A stretch of 64,000 nucleotides of DNA, from the NCBI GenBank assembly GCA_021613535.1, contig CP075496.1, positions 2,542,001 to 2,606,000 on the forward strand, in the 5' to 3' direction. The stretch is from Adineta vaga (taxonomy: Eukaryota > Animalia > Rotifera). The translations under genes were made by a program, and so were the position numbers. Below are positions 40,947 through 54,216 of this stretch, one piece after another. Below the pieces are notes generated by a model that saw only the letters and a list, made by a program, of their open reading frames with translations, was not told where the DNA came from and made no database searches. Within the stretch, counting starts at the first letter, position 1; each line of letters begins with the position of its first letter.

Positions 40947-41045
40947 AATAATAAATCTAAGAAAAAGAGAAATTATTAAAGATTATCGAAATATTATATA
41001 GAGAACGATTTTCGATGAGATCTTACTCATTCGGAAGAATTTCAT
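39752..41045 (-). CDS. Syntaxin-7/12-like endosomal Qa-SNARE; one apparent frameshift near 40350
   Basis: Habc helices, SNARE motif LQERDSQLRQLE...DVNELFKDISKIVHEHGEII..IENNI, C-terminal TM anchor after ARRRKK. Start codon is 41045 or 41030. Confidence 0.85.
40915..40944. repeat. (AAT)n microsatellite in syntaxin intron 1
   Basis: About 10 consecutive AAT units. Confidence 0.85.
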
Positions 41046-41581
41046 GACTAAATAAAAGTCATTCTATTGAAATAAGACTAGCTCGAGATAATCTGAACAT
41101 CAAACAATTACTCATTCGATCTCGTAAGTTTAAAAAAGACACTCGATTGAATCTGCATATTTTCTTGTTATATTTGATTTAGTTCTATAGTAATAAAAAA
41201 AGACCTTATCTATATTATTCAATCCGATGTACTATCATTTAACATTTATTAATAAACTCTTGATGTTATATTATACTATTATTCTTGAATCATAAAATCG
41301 CCCACACACTGACTAATGACTCACCTTCTGTTCTAATTCTTCCTGTCTATAGATGTCGCTTTTGTTGCACAAAAATATCCTAAAACTTCGAAATAATCAA
41401 ATTTAACTGAAAAAACTTATTTCTCTTCATAAATCTTTGATAAATACTATTAAAAAAAACGAACCAATCGTAATGAATGTCTTTCTTCCCAATCAATACA
41501 CAACAGTCATTGAGTTAATCATCTGGTTATTACGTTATTGAACATAAAGCGCCATTTGAAACGAAAATAACAAATAAATAA

Positions 41582-42893
41582 ATGGATACTGGAGATTTAA
41601 ATTTACCAGCATATAAATATCAACTTGAACAAGTAAGTTGATCTCTTTATCTAGCACTCATCGTATTTCATCTTATTTATTTCAGGTCGAATTAGCATTA
41701 AAAGCCAAGCCAGACGATTCTGAACTACTCAAACTCAAGCAAGATCTTGAAGTAAGATTTTTCTTCATTAATCTTTCTCAATTAAGAAATTTATTATAGG
41801 AAGTCATACAAATAACCGCTGAATTACTTGGCTGTGATCCATCAACTTTAAACTTCTGACGAAGCAGTAGCTTCATCATCTACAAATTATAATGAAGCAG
41901 CATCTTCAGCACATTTGAACAATGCAACAACAACAACAACATCAGCTCGTACAGCTATTAAATGGAAAACAGGTGATCGATGTTTAGCACCATGGAATGA
42001 AGATGGAAAGTATGTGTTAAAATCTTTGACTAAAAATAACTTGTCATTTCCGTAAGATAATCAAGATAAATTAATTCGAAAAAAACAATGCGTAAAAGTA
42101 TTTTCATAGGAATCTGAGAAGAAGAAAACGATCATTCCTACTAATGCAAAAAAATGATTGAATAAACAGTGAGAAGTAAGTCAAAGATGAAAAAGACAGC
42201 GTATGATGTCTTGTATGTAGAAACAGAATGCTGTAGTTCGAGAAAGAGAATGGTAAATAAGAAATTTTCATTTTCTTTACTTTTAAATAGATATTATGAA
42301 TGTACAATTGATGATGTACTTGATGATGGAACATGTACAATTGTTTTTGATGGATTTGAATCAGCACCATTAACGGTTGTTCGAGTATGTATTGAAGAAC
42401 TCTAAGGAAAGAAAAAGGAATTATATTTGATTTTGTTTTAGGTGTCGAAATTAAAACCATTTGATCGAACACGTTCAGATATGAGTGGAATCAAATCAGC
42501 TGCCAATCGAGCTAAAACAAAGTAAGTGTTTATCTAGTAGAACAACTACTTGTGGATTATGTATTTGACTTTTTAGACGTGAATTAGAACAACGTTTACG
42601 TGAACTTAAACGTCACAAGAAAGAAAAGAAAACAGCAAAATTAAAAGAATTTGAAGAAGAACGTGAAAAAGATAAAAAACGATGGACTGATTTTAATTCA
42701 AAAGTAAATACTCAATTAGAAATGCATTTCAAGTTAATAGTTATTCCTTTTTTTGTTCTAGTTAACTAGTCGAACATGGAAAGGTGTTGTTTCAAAATCA
42801 ATGGTTAAAACGGATAAACGAAATGAACAATTACGTGGTACAACCAATGGCTACTTAGTTTCTAGTTACAAACCAGCACAACCACGGCCCTAA
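41582..42893 (+). CDS. SMNDC1: Survival motor neuron domain-containing 1 / SPF30 (Tudor domain); apparent frameshift near 41850
   Basis: YKYQLEQVELAL...ELLKLKQDLEEVIQIT, Tudor WKTGDRCLAPWNEDGKYYECTI, EEREKDKKRWTDFNSK. Confidence 0.9.
42110..42175 (+). other. Putative poison cassette exon in SMNDC1
   Basis: TTTTCATAG acceptor (42109) and GTAAGT donor (42176) inside a 281-nt intron; in-frame TGA at 42159-42161. Confidence 0.6.
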
Positions 42894-43118
42894 AATGTTT
42901 TGTTTCTTTTTCATGTATAAAATCCGCGTCAGCGATCTTTGGGTTTTTTTCGTGTCTCTTTTCGTTTTGCGTCTGAATGTAATCTTATATATGTGAGGAA
43001 AAGAAAGAAAAACATGAATAAAAACGGCGTTTATATACCATTCTAGATATCACGATTTTATCTCTTGGTTCGATTTAAATTCGTGTCGAAAATAACGACG
43101 ACTGTTTGAAAAAAAAGA

Positions 43119-45422
43119 ATGCAAAGTACTCGTCTGTTAATTAGCGCACAACGTTGTTCATCGGCATCTAGACTTAATTATATATGGAGACGATGTCTCA
43201 CCACTGCCCATTCAACAACAAGAAAAACAAATCTTAATAAGTGAGATACTAATAAATGCCATTTCTTTTGAATTTTCTTCTCTTGTAATTTAGGTCATCG
43301 TTATCTCTAGTCGATTCATACCCTTCATCGCGTTTGAATGGTCGATTATTGTCATTACCAAGATGTGGTATAATCACTGTTCGGCAACATCGATATGCCT
43401 CATCCGGTAGTTTGCCATCTCATAAAATGATCACTCTTCCAGCTTTATCCCCGACTATGGAAACTGGTACATTACGATCATGGTCTAAACAAGAAGGAGA
43501 TAAGATTGTAGAAGGTATATTTCATTCATCTATTTATTTTTCTTCGTTTTCAAAATAATGACTAGAGACTTGTATTTTCTAGGTGATATATTGGCTGAAA
43601 TTGAAACAGATAAAGCAACGTTAGGATTCGAAGCAGGTGATGAAGGATATCTTGCGAAAATTCTCATTCCTGGTGGTAGTAAAGATATACCTGTTGGAAA
43701 AGTAAGCAGTAAACGATTCGTTTTTGAATTGAATTGAATTTCCTTTAATCTTGTGCATTTTTAGCCATGCGCGATCATTGTTGAAAAAGCAGAAGATATT
43801 GCTGCATTTAAAGATTATAAAGATGATGGTAGTGGATCGACTGCAAAGAAACAGCCATCCCAAGAACAAAGTACTTCATCAGCGAAAACGGAAAAGAAAG
43901 ACAACGAACCAACGAGCAAAACTGAACAACAAACTACATCAACTTCGAAAAAAGAAAAAACTACAACATCAGCCGATCGATCAACGCAAGGTGAACGAGT
44001 GGCAGTATCACCTTTAGCTCGAAAATTAGCGCAAGAGAAAGGCATCGATATTGATGTAAGTGTTTTTTTGCTCTATCTTATCAGGATAGAATATTTTATA
44101 TGCTTGGTTTTCTTCTAGTCCGTTCAAGGTAGTGGTCCTAATGGCCGAGTCGTTGCCGAAGATGTTGAGAAATTTATTAAAGAAGGTGGTGCCAAAACGA
44201 AGGCAGACACTAAGAAAACTAAAGATGGACAAGCAGCCCCAACAAAAGCAGCGAAAAAAGATAAAGAAACTTCAACGCGTACAGGTGGTTATGATGAACA
44301 AAAAGTGTCAGAAATACGAGCAGTAAATAATCTCTACAAAAAAATACTCATATATTTTTTTACTTTTATATTTTTCTTTCACAAAGGAAAATGCACGTCG
44401 TGTAACTGAATCAAAGACTACTATCCCACATTATTATCTAACAATTGAAATTGAATTAGATGAAATAATCAAGTATGTTGTTCTCTATATAAAACTTCAC
44501 CTCTAATCATCATTGATTGATTAGATTACGTGAAAATCTTAACAAAATGTTAACACCAAAATCAAAAGATCCAAAAGAAAAAGTACGTGGTGTTACCATC
44601 AATGATTTTATTGTTAAAGCAGCTGCACTTGCTTGCAAGAAACGTCCAGAAACAAACAGTGTTTGGATGGATAAATCTATTCGACAGTAAAGATTTCCAT
44701 TCTGAAATATTTAGTTCATACTAAATTTTATTTAATATTTTCTATTAGATACGAAACAGTTGATATCAATGTAGCGATTGCTACTGATGCTGGCGTTCTT
44801 ATGACACCTATTGTTTATAATGCAGATCAGAAGGTATATTATTTATTGTAATTTTTTAGCTTCAAATGAAATTTAACTTTTTATTATTTATTTTTCAGGG
44901 TGTTTCGACAATTAGTAAAGAAATCTCTCAATTGAGTGAAAAAGCAAACAGTGGAAAATTGGGTGATGATGAACTTGAAGTAAAATATACAATTCTATCA
45001 ATATTTGTTTTGAGTAATTCTATTTTCTAGTTGGGAACATTTACAATTTCAAATTTGGGAATGTATGGTGTAACAAACTTCAGTGCTATAATATATCCTC
45101 AACAAGTATAATTCTATCGATAGCAAAGAATAAAAAAACTAAATTTATTTTTCTATAGTCAGCTATATTAGCTATCGGTGGTACTGAAACTAAAATCATC
45201 CCTTCGAAAGAATCTCCAAAAGGGTATGCTCGATTATTGTTTCTTTTCTCGATTCTGAACTTTTTTGTTTCTTTCTCTTGCTATGTATTTAGATACCGTC
45301 AGTCAACTGTTCTCAATGTAACATTAGCATGCGATCATCGTGTCATTGATGGTGCTGTTGGTGCCCAATGGTTACAAGAATTTAAACAATTTCTTGAAAG
45401 TCCAGCATCAATGATTCTATAA
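43119..45422 (+). CDS. DLAT: Pyruvate dehydrogenase E2 (dihydrolipoamide acetyltransferase), mitochondrial
   Basis: Arg/Ser-rich transit peptide, lipoyl domain [10 protein letters not shown]...[47 protein letters not shown]. Confidence 0.96.
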
Positions 45423-45853
45423 ACAATTTTAGGCTATAAATTGTCATGTATCGTGTTTTTTTCTTCTTTCCTTTTCTATGCACGTTTTTATTCATTATCG
45501 ATTGTAGCGTAGCTTTAAGATACAACAATCCTCTCGCGTGCATATTCTCTATTTCCGTATATTTTTTAGTAAAAAAACAAACAGCATAGAAACTAGTCTT
45601 CTTTATTCTTTAAACTATTTTCGCATTTCATCGATTAAATCAATGAAAATTTCTTACAAAAGTTTCTATCTATGACAAACTAAATCCCATCGTTTATCCA
45701 TATCAGATAGATAATAGCATATTAATTCATTCTAATAAGACAATGATCATAGAGTATGAAATTAAAGCGCATTAGTTGGATTAGTAAAGTTCAACAGTTA
45801 TATATCAATATCTGAATTTTAGATTATTAATTTGGAAATAAAACGTCTTTCTA

Positions 45854-46451
45854 ATGGCTGTTAATACCTTTTCACGTAGTGTTTACTCAAAAGTACGACC
45901 ATTATTATCTATTAGTGTTGATGCACTAAGTACAGCAACACGTGGTTATCATGAAAAAGTTATTGATCATTATGAAAATCCTCGAAATGTTGGATCATTT
46001 GATAAGTCAGATGTTACTGTTGGAACTGGTCTTGTAGGAGCACCAGCTTGTGGTGATGTGATGAAACTACAAGTAGATTTCTAATAGATTCATTTTCGCA
46101 TGCTTTATTTATTCAATTTTCTGATTATCAGATTAAAGTAGATGAAAATGGAAAGATAGTTGATGCAAAATTTAAGACATTTGGTTGTGGTTCTGCTATT
46201 GCTTCATCTTCTTTAGCAACCGAATGGATTAAAGGTAAATCTGTTAATGAAGCAAATTCAATTAAAAATCAAGACATTGCCAAGGAATTATGTTTACCAC
46301 CAGTGAAATTACATTGTTCAAGTAAGACAAATGATTGATTTGATTTTTCTTTGTTAATTATCTTCATCCTATTTTAGTGCTTGCTGAAGATGCCATCAAA
46401 GCGGCAATCAATGATTATAATTCTAAAAAACAAAACAAAAAACAAAATTAA
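45854..46451 (+). CDS. ISCU: Iron-sulfur cluster scaffold protein ISCU, mitochondrial; 3 exons
   Basis: [58 protein letters not shown]. Confidence 0.97.
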
Positions 46452-47087
46452 ACAAGTTATTATCAAAACTTGTTAATATGTGCAGTGATCTGTATTTTTC
46501 TGCTCTATTTACTCCAGCAATTATATTTAGACTCCATCGTTTAGATCCAAAACATCCATTTTGATTTGTCATGATTTACCAAAAGATTTTCGAACATTTG
46601 TACATTGATTCTATAAGATATTTTCTTTAAAATAAACAAGCGAGTTATTTTCATGTAGATAGGATTTTCTTTATTCAAAGAAACGGTATTCTGCAGTAAT
46701 TTTCTTATCCGAATCGTTCTTATTCAATGCTAAAAATACATTTAATTTTCACAAAAGATTAAAATAGTGTCTTTGTCTAAAGTTCTAGGATTATTTTCAG
46801 TGCTCTTTCTTTTATCTTTCTTCGTGTCAAATACGTCATCACAAGCAAAGATTATTCTTTTAATAAAATTACATCAGTTTCTTAATTCCTTAACTATGAT
46901 GTATTTTCTGAACGTGTTAAAACTATATATAGGTTAAATATCTGTTCATGTAAAAAATACATCGATCTGATATGAACACAATTACTAAGAAGACAATCAA
47001 TCTGAGATTTTTATTATTTGCTTTTTTTATTCAAATAAAGAACGAGTATATTAATCTGACAAAACAATATTTTCTTTTCAAAAATAT

Positions 47088-49795
47088 CTATGTGTAAAAA
47101 TCTGCTGGTTCAAGTTTGATATTTGATGAGGATGATGATGGTGTCCACAAGTCACTTCGTTTTTCATGTTGTATTGAATGTCGATGTTGCTGTTGCTGTG
47201 ACTGCGGTTGCGGATAATGTTGAGATTGTTGTTGTTGTTGTTGTAAACGATGCAGTGGTGCGATTCGTTCAAGATCAATTGTTAAATATCGTTTATAATC
47301 CGGAGAATTTAATAATTCATAACATTGATCAGACAAACGATATTTTTCTCCAATATCAAGTGAACCTAATGTTTGAATATATCGATCATATTCTACACCA
47401 AAACGACTTAAACGTTCCATAAGATCATCATCATTTATATCATTATTATGATCATGATTGTTATTATTCTCATCTTCTTTTAACGTGGGTGGACATTTAA
47501 CAAGAAGATCAACACGTCGTCTTGTTCCATCAACCATTTGTACACCTTGTCGAACCATAATAAGTAAATGATTTTTTTTTAATTCTTCAATGACTGAATC
47601 AAGATAAGCAGCATTACGTTTTAATTTTGAGTTAGCATAAACAGATGTTCGTGTAAATGCTACATATGGCAATAGTAAGAGTTCATGAGCAAGTTCCAAT
47701 GATTTCACATAGGATGAATCAATCAATGTTTTTAAACGTTTTGCTGATGGAGATGTTGATCGTGGTGGAAATGACATTGACGAAGATGATGTTGATGAAG
47801 GATGTACAACCCATGATCGATCGGAAACAGGTGTTTGATTGACTACTGTTGATGGTCTAAAAATAGAAAATAGAGAAGAATATATTCCTATGAATAAATA
47901 TATTTTTTTACTCAGAATTTGGTGTTCCAGTATTTAACGATGGTTCAAACATAACTTCAAATTGTTTGATACTTGTATTAACGAAATAAATAGCTGATTG
48001 AACAATAGATAAACTGATATTGATTCTTGCGATAGGTATTGTACCACGTGTTTGTTCAATGATATGAGTACAATTATCGAAAAAGATTTTATCCGCTTGT
48101 CCAAATGTATGAAATGTTTGCCGATAAACAATCAATGTTTCAATAGCTAATTCAATAATTCGAAGTGACGCGGACACACGCAGGACTTGTTCACGCGCCG
48201 ATAAATATCTTGCGGACATGCCTGAATAACTATCTTCGAGAGATGTTGCTATGAAAATAAAAAAAAACAATACAATATAGAAATTCATTTTGACAAAAAC
48301 AAGTAAGTTTACCTTTCAATGCAAGTGCATCGAGATAATCGCACATAAATTGATTTGCTTGTGAATCATCAAAATAGAAATCAGTTAAATTTGAACAATG
48401 ACAATTAAGAACTATAATCCATTGTTCTAATGATGGATAACGACTTGGATCAAATAATTTCGATCGACGACAAAATAATCGTGCTTTACTTGCAATAAAT
48501 ATCATTAACCACTCGGTACTATTTGTAAGACTATCCATATGATTAGGACTATGAGAATGATTATTATTATTATTTGAATAATGATGAATTTTTGTTTCTA
48601 AAATCTTTCGTATGAATTGTCCATTACTGGTACCGATTATTGAAAACGGATTTTGTCTTTGAATATGTGTATGATTTATATGTTCATCAAATTTCTCTGA
48701 TAGACAAAGACCTGATGATAAGGTTGAATCATCAGATCGACAAAATATATTTGAATTAAATGTATGTCGATGATCATATTGTTGACCTGTTTGACGAATA
48801 CATTGTACATTAGTCATTGCTTGTTTTACATGTTCCACAAGTGTAAATCGTTCATAGCCTAGATTAAATTTGGTTTAGAGAACTTTCTAGGAATAATCTT
48901 AAAGTACTCTTCAAGGTTTTCCTTTTCTTTCCATGTCACGACTCGCTCGCGCATTTTCTTTTCTATTCTTTTCTACAGACTAGGAGTTCACAGAGTTCTC
49001 AACAAAAAAAAATAGGCAGAAAGAAACGATCGGGAAGGTTTCTTCTCATAATATCTACTTAGTTAACGTTAGTTTCATTTCTATTTTTTCTTCTTTTTTT
49101 TAAAATAATTGTTTGGATAGAAATAATTATAGCACAAGGCAATAATAATTACTTTTATATTTTAGCATGTCTACAACAGAATAGCTGAAACATCTGGTTT
49201 CTTTTTACTCGCTAACTTCATAGATTTACCTTCAAGAAGAGAATGAGATCTATACTTAACGAATAAAACATTATGTAATAATCTGATGAGTATAATATAA
49301 ATAGCTTTTACTCTTTCATCACTATTTCGAATGAAATTGAATACTGACTTGTATTCTTACTCGAAGAAGAACTTAAATAAAAAGTAACTCATTTTGACCT
49401 AATTATTTCAAACAATCGATGTTCAATGAATTATTATAAATTAACTTTGAATAGATTTTGCTTTTCGACAGAAGATATCTGATGAACAGTCACAATAGAG
49501 CAACTTTTGTTCATTTACCTGCTCGTACAATTAAAAGTAAATGAAGATTGAGTTTATGTTTAAGTTGATTGTCAGCATAGACAAATGATGTAGACGTTAA
49601 ATAATGCGAAGTTATTCCAAGTAAATGAATGAATAAACCAATACTATCATACATATAATAATCACTTAATGCATGAACTAATTCATAGGTATCTGGCGAT
49701 AAAACTCGACGTAAATCAAGCTGATAAGATTCATTAAGAACCATAAATGTTGAATCAAACCAATGCTCCATTGTATTTGTATTTTCATCCTCCAT
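47088..49795 (-). CDS. Uncharacterised multi-exon protein, possibly with a degenerate DUF3987-like P-loop domain and a Gln-rich tail
   Basis: Four ORF segments joined by GT-AG introns; KLNLHLLLIVRAGYERFT and AREQVLRVSASLRII resemble DUF3987-type motifs from memory. Confidence 0.6.
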
Positions 49796-51765
49796 AGTCG
49801 TTTCTGCTCTATTTTCCGCTGTTCGATCCTATTCTCTCTACTGTTCGTTAGTCGTTTTACTGACGGCAACAAGAATTCTGATTGAAGAAAAAGAATTCTC
49901 CTTCTTTACCCTCCATTTCTCTCTTTATTTCCTATGTCGAGCCTACTGCAAGTCGAGTGCAGAATTTTATATGTTGTTAGTCGGTCGGGAGAGAGAAACG
50001 AGCAGAATCGACTACATATATTTATATATATATTTGTTCTCACTAATGGAGAAAAGAAGGATGAATAAATGTGAGTGCAGTTGTCCTGTCATTCAGTGTA
50101 AGAAATGAAACTTTGATAGAAGAACGAGGAAAGAAGGGTAAAAATGGTTTGAAAGAACTGCATCATCGATACCGGTTGTGTAGTTATGTCTTTAAAAAAA
50201 AGGGAAAAAAATCCAGAAAGTCGACAAAACGATATTTTCTTGTCTAGATTATCTGACATATTAGAAGTATATGTTTAAAGAGACAAAACAGTTGACTCAT
50301 CAACTGACCTAAAGGAAAATATTTAATGCAATGCAATTTTAGTTCAACTAGTTTTATAAATTTTCAAAGAAATGTAAATTTAAAAAATCAACAAATAAAA
50401 TGCTGACGTGTAAGAAAGGTTTGACCTGATCTGATGTTGAGTATACCTTTTAAACTTTCATCTAAAGTATATGCCCTTATATTCAGATGAATAAAGTATT
50501 TTTATGTTCTTTTATTCAATAATTATGAAACTAAATATAGATCCTATTTCATCAACATATTTGTTTGCTTTTAGCAAATTGCTATTCATGTAATATAAGA
50601 AATTTTCAATAATTTCGTCAAAAAAGAATTATCGAAGATCAAATTAATTTGTACTGAATATACCGTCAAAACCAGCAAGTTTTGGTTTAAAAATAGTTTT
50701 TGCAAGAAAATCTAATCAACGTCATTCTGCTCTAGAATTGAATAATGATTATAGTGAATTTTATATTTCAATTTTTTAATAAATATGCAAAACTTGATCC
50801 TCGAAGACCTTGTATAATTCTCTTTCTTTCTTTCTTTCTCTAAAAATAGGATTTGGAAAAGTAGAGTAATATTTAAAGAACATATAAATTTCTTCAAATG
50901 TCACGTCAGGATGTTGAGAAACAAAAGAATATCTTTGCGGTAAATCGAGTTAATGAACCGATATTTTTTGATCAAAAATAGAAAGACATAAAAAGAGAAA
51001 TCTTTTGTTTTCACCATGCTTATGTTAATAAAGACGGTATTGGCTCGTAATTGTATCAATTCAAATTATGATCATTTTTTATATTGACTTGAGAAACAAC
51101 GAAGATACTTTACTTCTTCTTTATCTCAAGATGTGAATCAGTGTATAACATTTCACAACATCCTAGTAATAACTTATAAGTAACATGATCAGAATATTCT
51201 AATTAGATTTAGTTTAAACACACGAATCTATAAAAAAAAAGAGTTTTCAATGAATTACTTTCTTTTTTCTTGTGACAAATCAAGTGAATTTCACTGGTTT
51301 ATCATTAATATTAAACATCATTTTAATGAAATAACGAATAAGTAATATCTTATTAATGACTTCATCTTTTCTTCACATATGTTTCTGATTAACTACAGAG
51401 ATATAATATGTTCTCGTGTATTTTTCCTCTAAAAAAATGAGCCACCATTAAAACCGCACAGGTGTATTTAACTTCACCTATAGCAATACTGATGATATTT
51501 GTATTTACTCGTTTTCATGTGCTGATTATACACAATGATAGTACGAAATATGAAGTAACGCATGAGCGTATCTCATGATCAGAAATATGCGATGCGCTCG
51601 AGCGATGCGTGTATCGTGAAGAACGTTTCGAGTAAAGACAAAAATTAGTAATGCGGTATACAGACGTATGTACTTTGGTATATAAACATTGTTTTTTAAT
51701 TAATCGATTGATTTCGGCATATATATATATATACTGTTTAGTTTTGTTTTTTTGACATGATCTAA

Positions 51766-53681
51766 ATGAAAATGGATCCTCCAGTAACGATGAATTCATC
51801 AGACGAAGTAAGTTTCTCTTATGCGAATATTATTTCTTTTTTTATATAACACTTTGTATTTTATCAATAAAAGAAATCTCAAACAGTTTTAACCTCTGAT
51901 TCATCTTCAAAATCAGATGTTAATACAGTAAATCCGAAACCGGTGCCGATCATTATCATTGATTCATCGTCAAATGGTAATAATACACCCGCTACACCAA
52001 GTTCACCTACGGATAAAAATAGTTCTATCGAATCCGACCCTAATGCATTTTCACGAATGCCTGAACAAGAAGATAAATCGACAATACCGTCGATAGCACC
52101 TAGTACTACTACTCCAGGAGAACAACGCAATTCTCAGTTATTGGATGAAATTAAATATTTACTTAAACCAACAAATTCATTAGCTAATCCAGATTCAACA
52201 ATACAAGCATCGGTAAGATTTCAAAATTGAATTATATAGAAATATTTCAAGCTTTCCTAAATTATAGCAAGAAACAGATGCATCTATAAAACGTCGAACA
52301 ATTCAATTTGATGAAGATATGCTACGAGAGACTGATCGATTGTTAATCGAAGGATTAACTCCTACTGAAGCCAAGTCACTTGGTGCTGCTAAACGTCGTT
52401 CAGTAGCATCTCGTGGTCAACGAACATCGTATATTAATACAGTTCATGATCGAACACGTGCGTCATCAGTACAACCAGCAATATACTCTCGTTCTCAATC
52501 TCAACCAGCAACACCTAATTCAGTCATTGAACCAACACATCGTACTCTTCTCGATCATCTTTCAGATTTAATGTGGATATTTTTTGCTGCCTATTCGTTT
52601 AGTATCATTTTATTTCTTACTGATAAGTTTGAAATCGATCTTATTTTTGGCTTCTTTCTTCAAATGATCATTCAAACAATAGCATTTGGCGTTTATGCTT
52701 TTTATAAAGGTTATAATTTATTAGAACCGTCTGAACATCGAATTGCCATGATTGGTCGTAGTATTCTTATTGGTATCGGTGTATTGACTGCATTCCTTGC
52801 TTATTACTATATCACATTACCTAATTTATCGGCTATTCGACAAAGTCAAGTCATTTTAACTATTATCTTGAGCATGTTTTTTCTTCGAGAACGTATTAGT
52901 ATACCACGTATTCTTGCTTTTATTCTAACATGTATTGCCATACTTGTTCTTACTCATCGAGCAAAATTTAGTGAGACTGAAACTACAGAATATAATACAA
53001 CGAATTACAAGAATTCTTGGTTGCCATATTCATCCTCATGGAATTATATAATTGGTATTAATCTCGCATTATTCACAGCTATTCTACATAGTATAGCATC
53101 GGTAATCAACAAAGCATATTTTAGTACAGAACAAATACATGATACTGTTGTATGTTTTTGGACGGCTCTGTCAACATTAGTTATATCTTCTATTCTTGTG
53201 TTTATTACACATTTCATTCTAAAAGATGCAAGAACATTTCCTCATGATTGGCGTTTATATACTGCCTTTGGATTAGCAATCTTATCAATTTTTGCATTTG
53301 TTGCTAATCAAAAAGCAATAAGACGTGAACGTTCTTCAATCGTGACATTAATCTACTCAACAGACATTATACTAGCTTTAATCTTACAAAATCTATTTAC
53401 ACAATTTGCAAATGATGCCGTAATTATATTAGGTACTGTGTTTGTTGTTTTTTTAGCAATTATATAAAATATTTATATCTACTTTTCTTCTTCTTCTTTG
53501 ATTAGGTTGTGTATTAGTATTAGTGTCTGTATTTATCATTTGTATTGAAATGTTTATTGTCGAAAAAAGTAGAATTATAATAGCAGTAAAAGTAGCAGAA
53601 GTAGCAAATGCAAGTGCACAGAACGATGATATACAAAATCGAACTGGTTTGCCATCACAACACCAACGTGTATCGGTATGA
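51766..53681 (+). CDS. EamA/DMT-superfamily (SLC35G-like) transporter with long Ser/Pro-rich N-terminus
   Basis: About 10 hydrophobic helices; AYYYITLPNLSAI, LSMFFLRERIS, QKAIRRERSSIVTLIYSTDII. Confidence 0.8.
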
Positions 53682-54216
53682 GTAGACATTTGAATTGCAA
53701 TTAAACTGAAATTTATTTAATTTACTTCATTTTATGTTTCATTTCTTATGTTTTTTCTCATTTGAAAAAGAAAAGTAAAACTTCAATTTTATACGCAGAG
53801 TTTGTTTCCTTTTAACGTTTTTTATACAATAAATATTGAAGAAAAACAAGATGTTTTGTTTTTATCGCTACAAAATACAGAGGATTTATCAACACGTTGT
53901 TTTCTAATCAAAACAAATATTAATTAGTTTATGGAAGATTTGACGAACTACCGTAAAAAAATGATATTTTGCATGAAATCAAATGTTTCAATATCTGAAT
54001 ACAACGAAATCTGCATGACAGTCTTTTCATCTGTCAAGAAAATCAAACCGTAAATATTTTATACGTCGTTTATACGGTACATATTTAGACAAAAACATAA
54101 GCATTTTTCATCAATTTACAAAACAAATATTCACGTCATTTTGCTGCGTTTACTCGCTGATATATCAGGCCTAGAAAAAAAATTCGATTAAAATATAAAT
54201 AAACAATCAATGAAAC

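Noticed and set aside
49361-49398. Possible 38-nt stop-containing cassette exon in the orphan gene intron (minus strand)
   Set aside because: The donor is good but the acceptor lacks a pyrimidine tract, and there is no other support.
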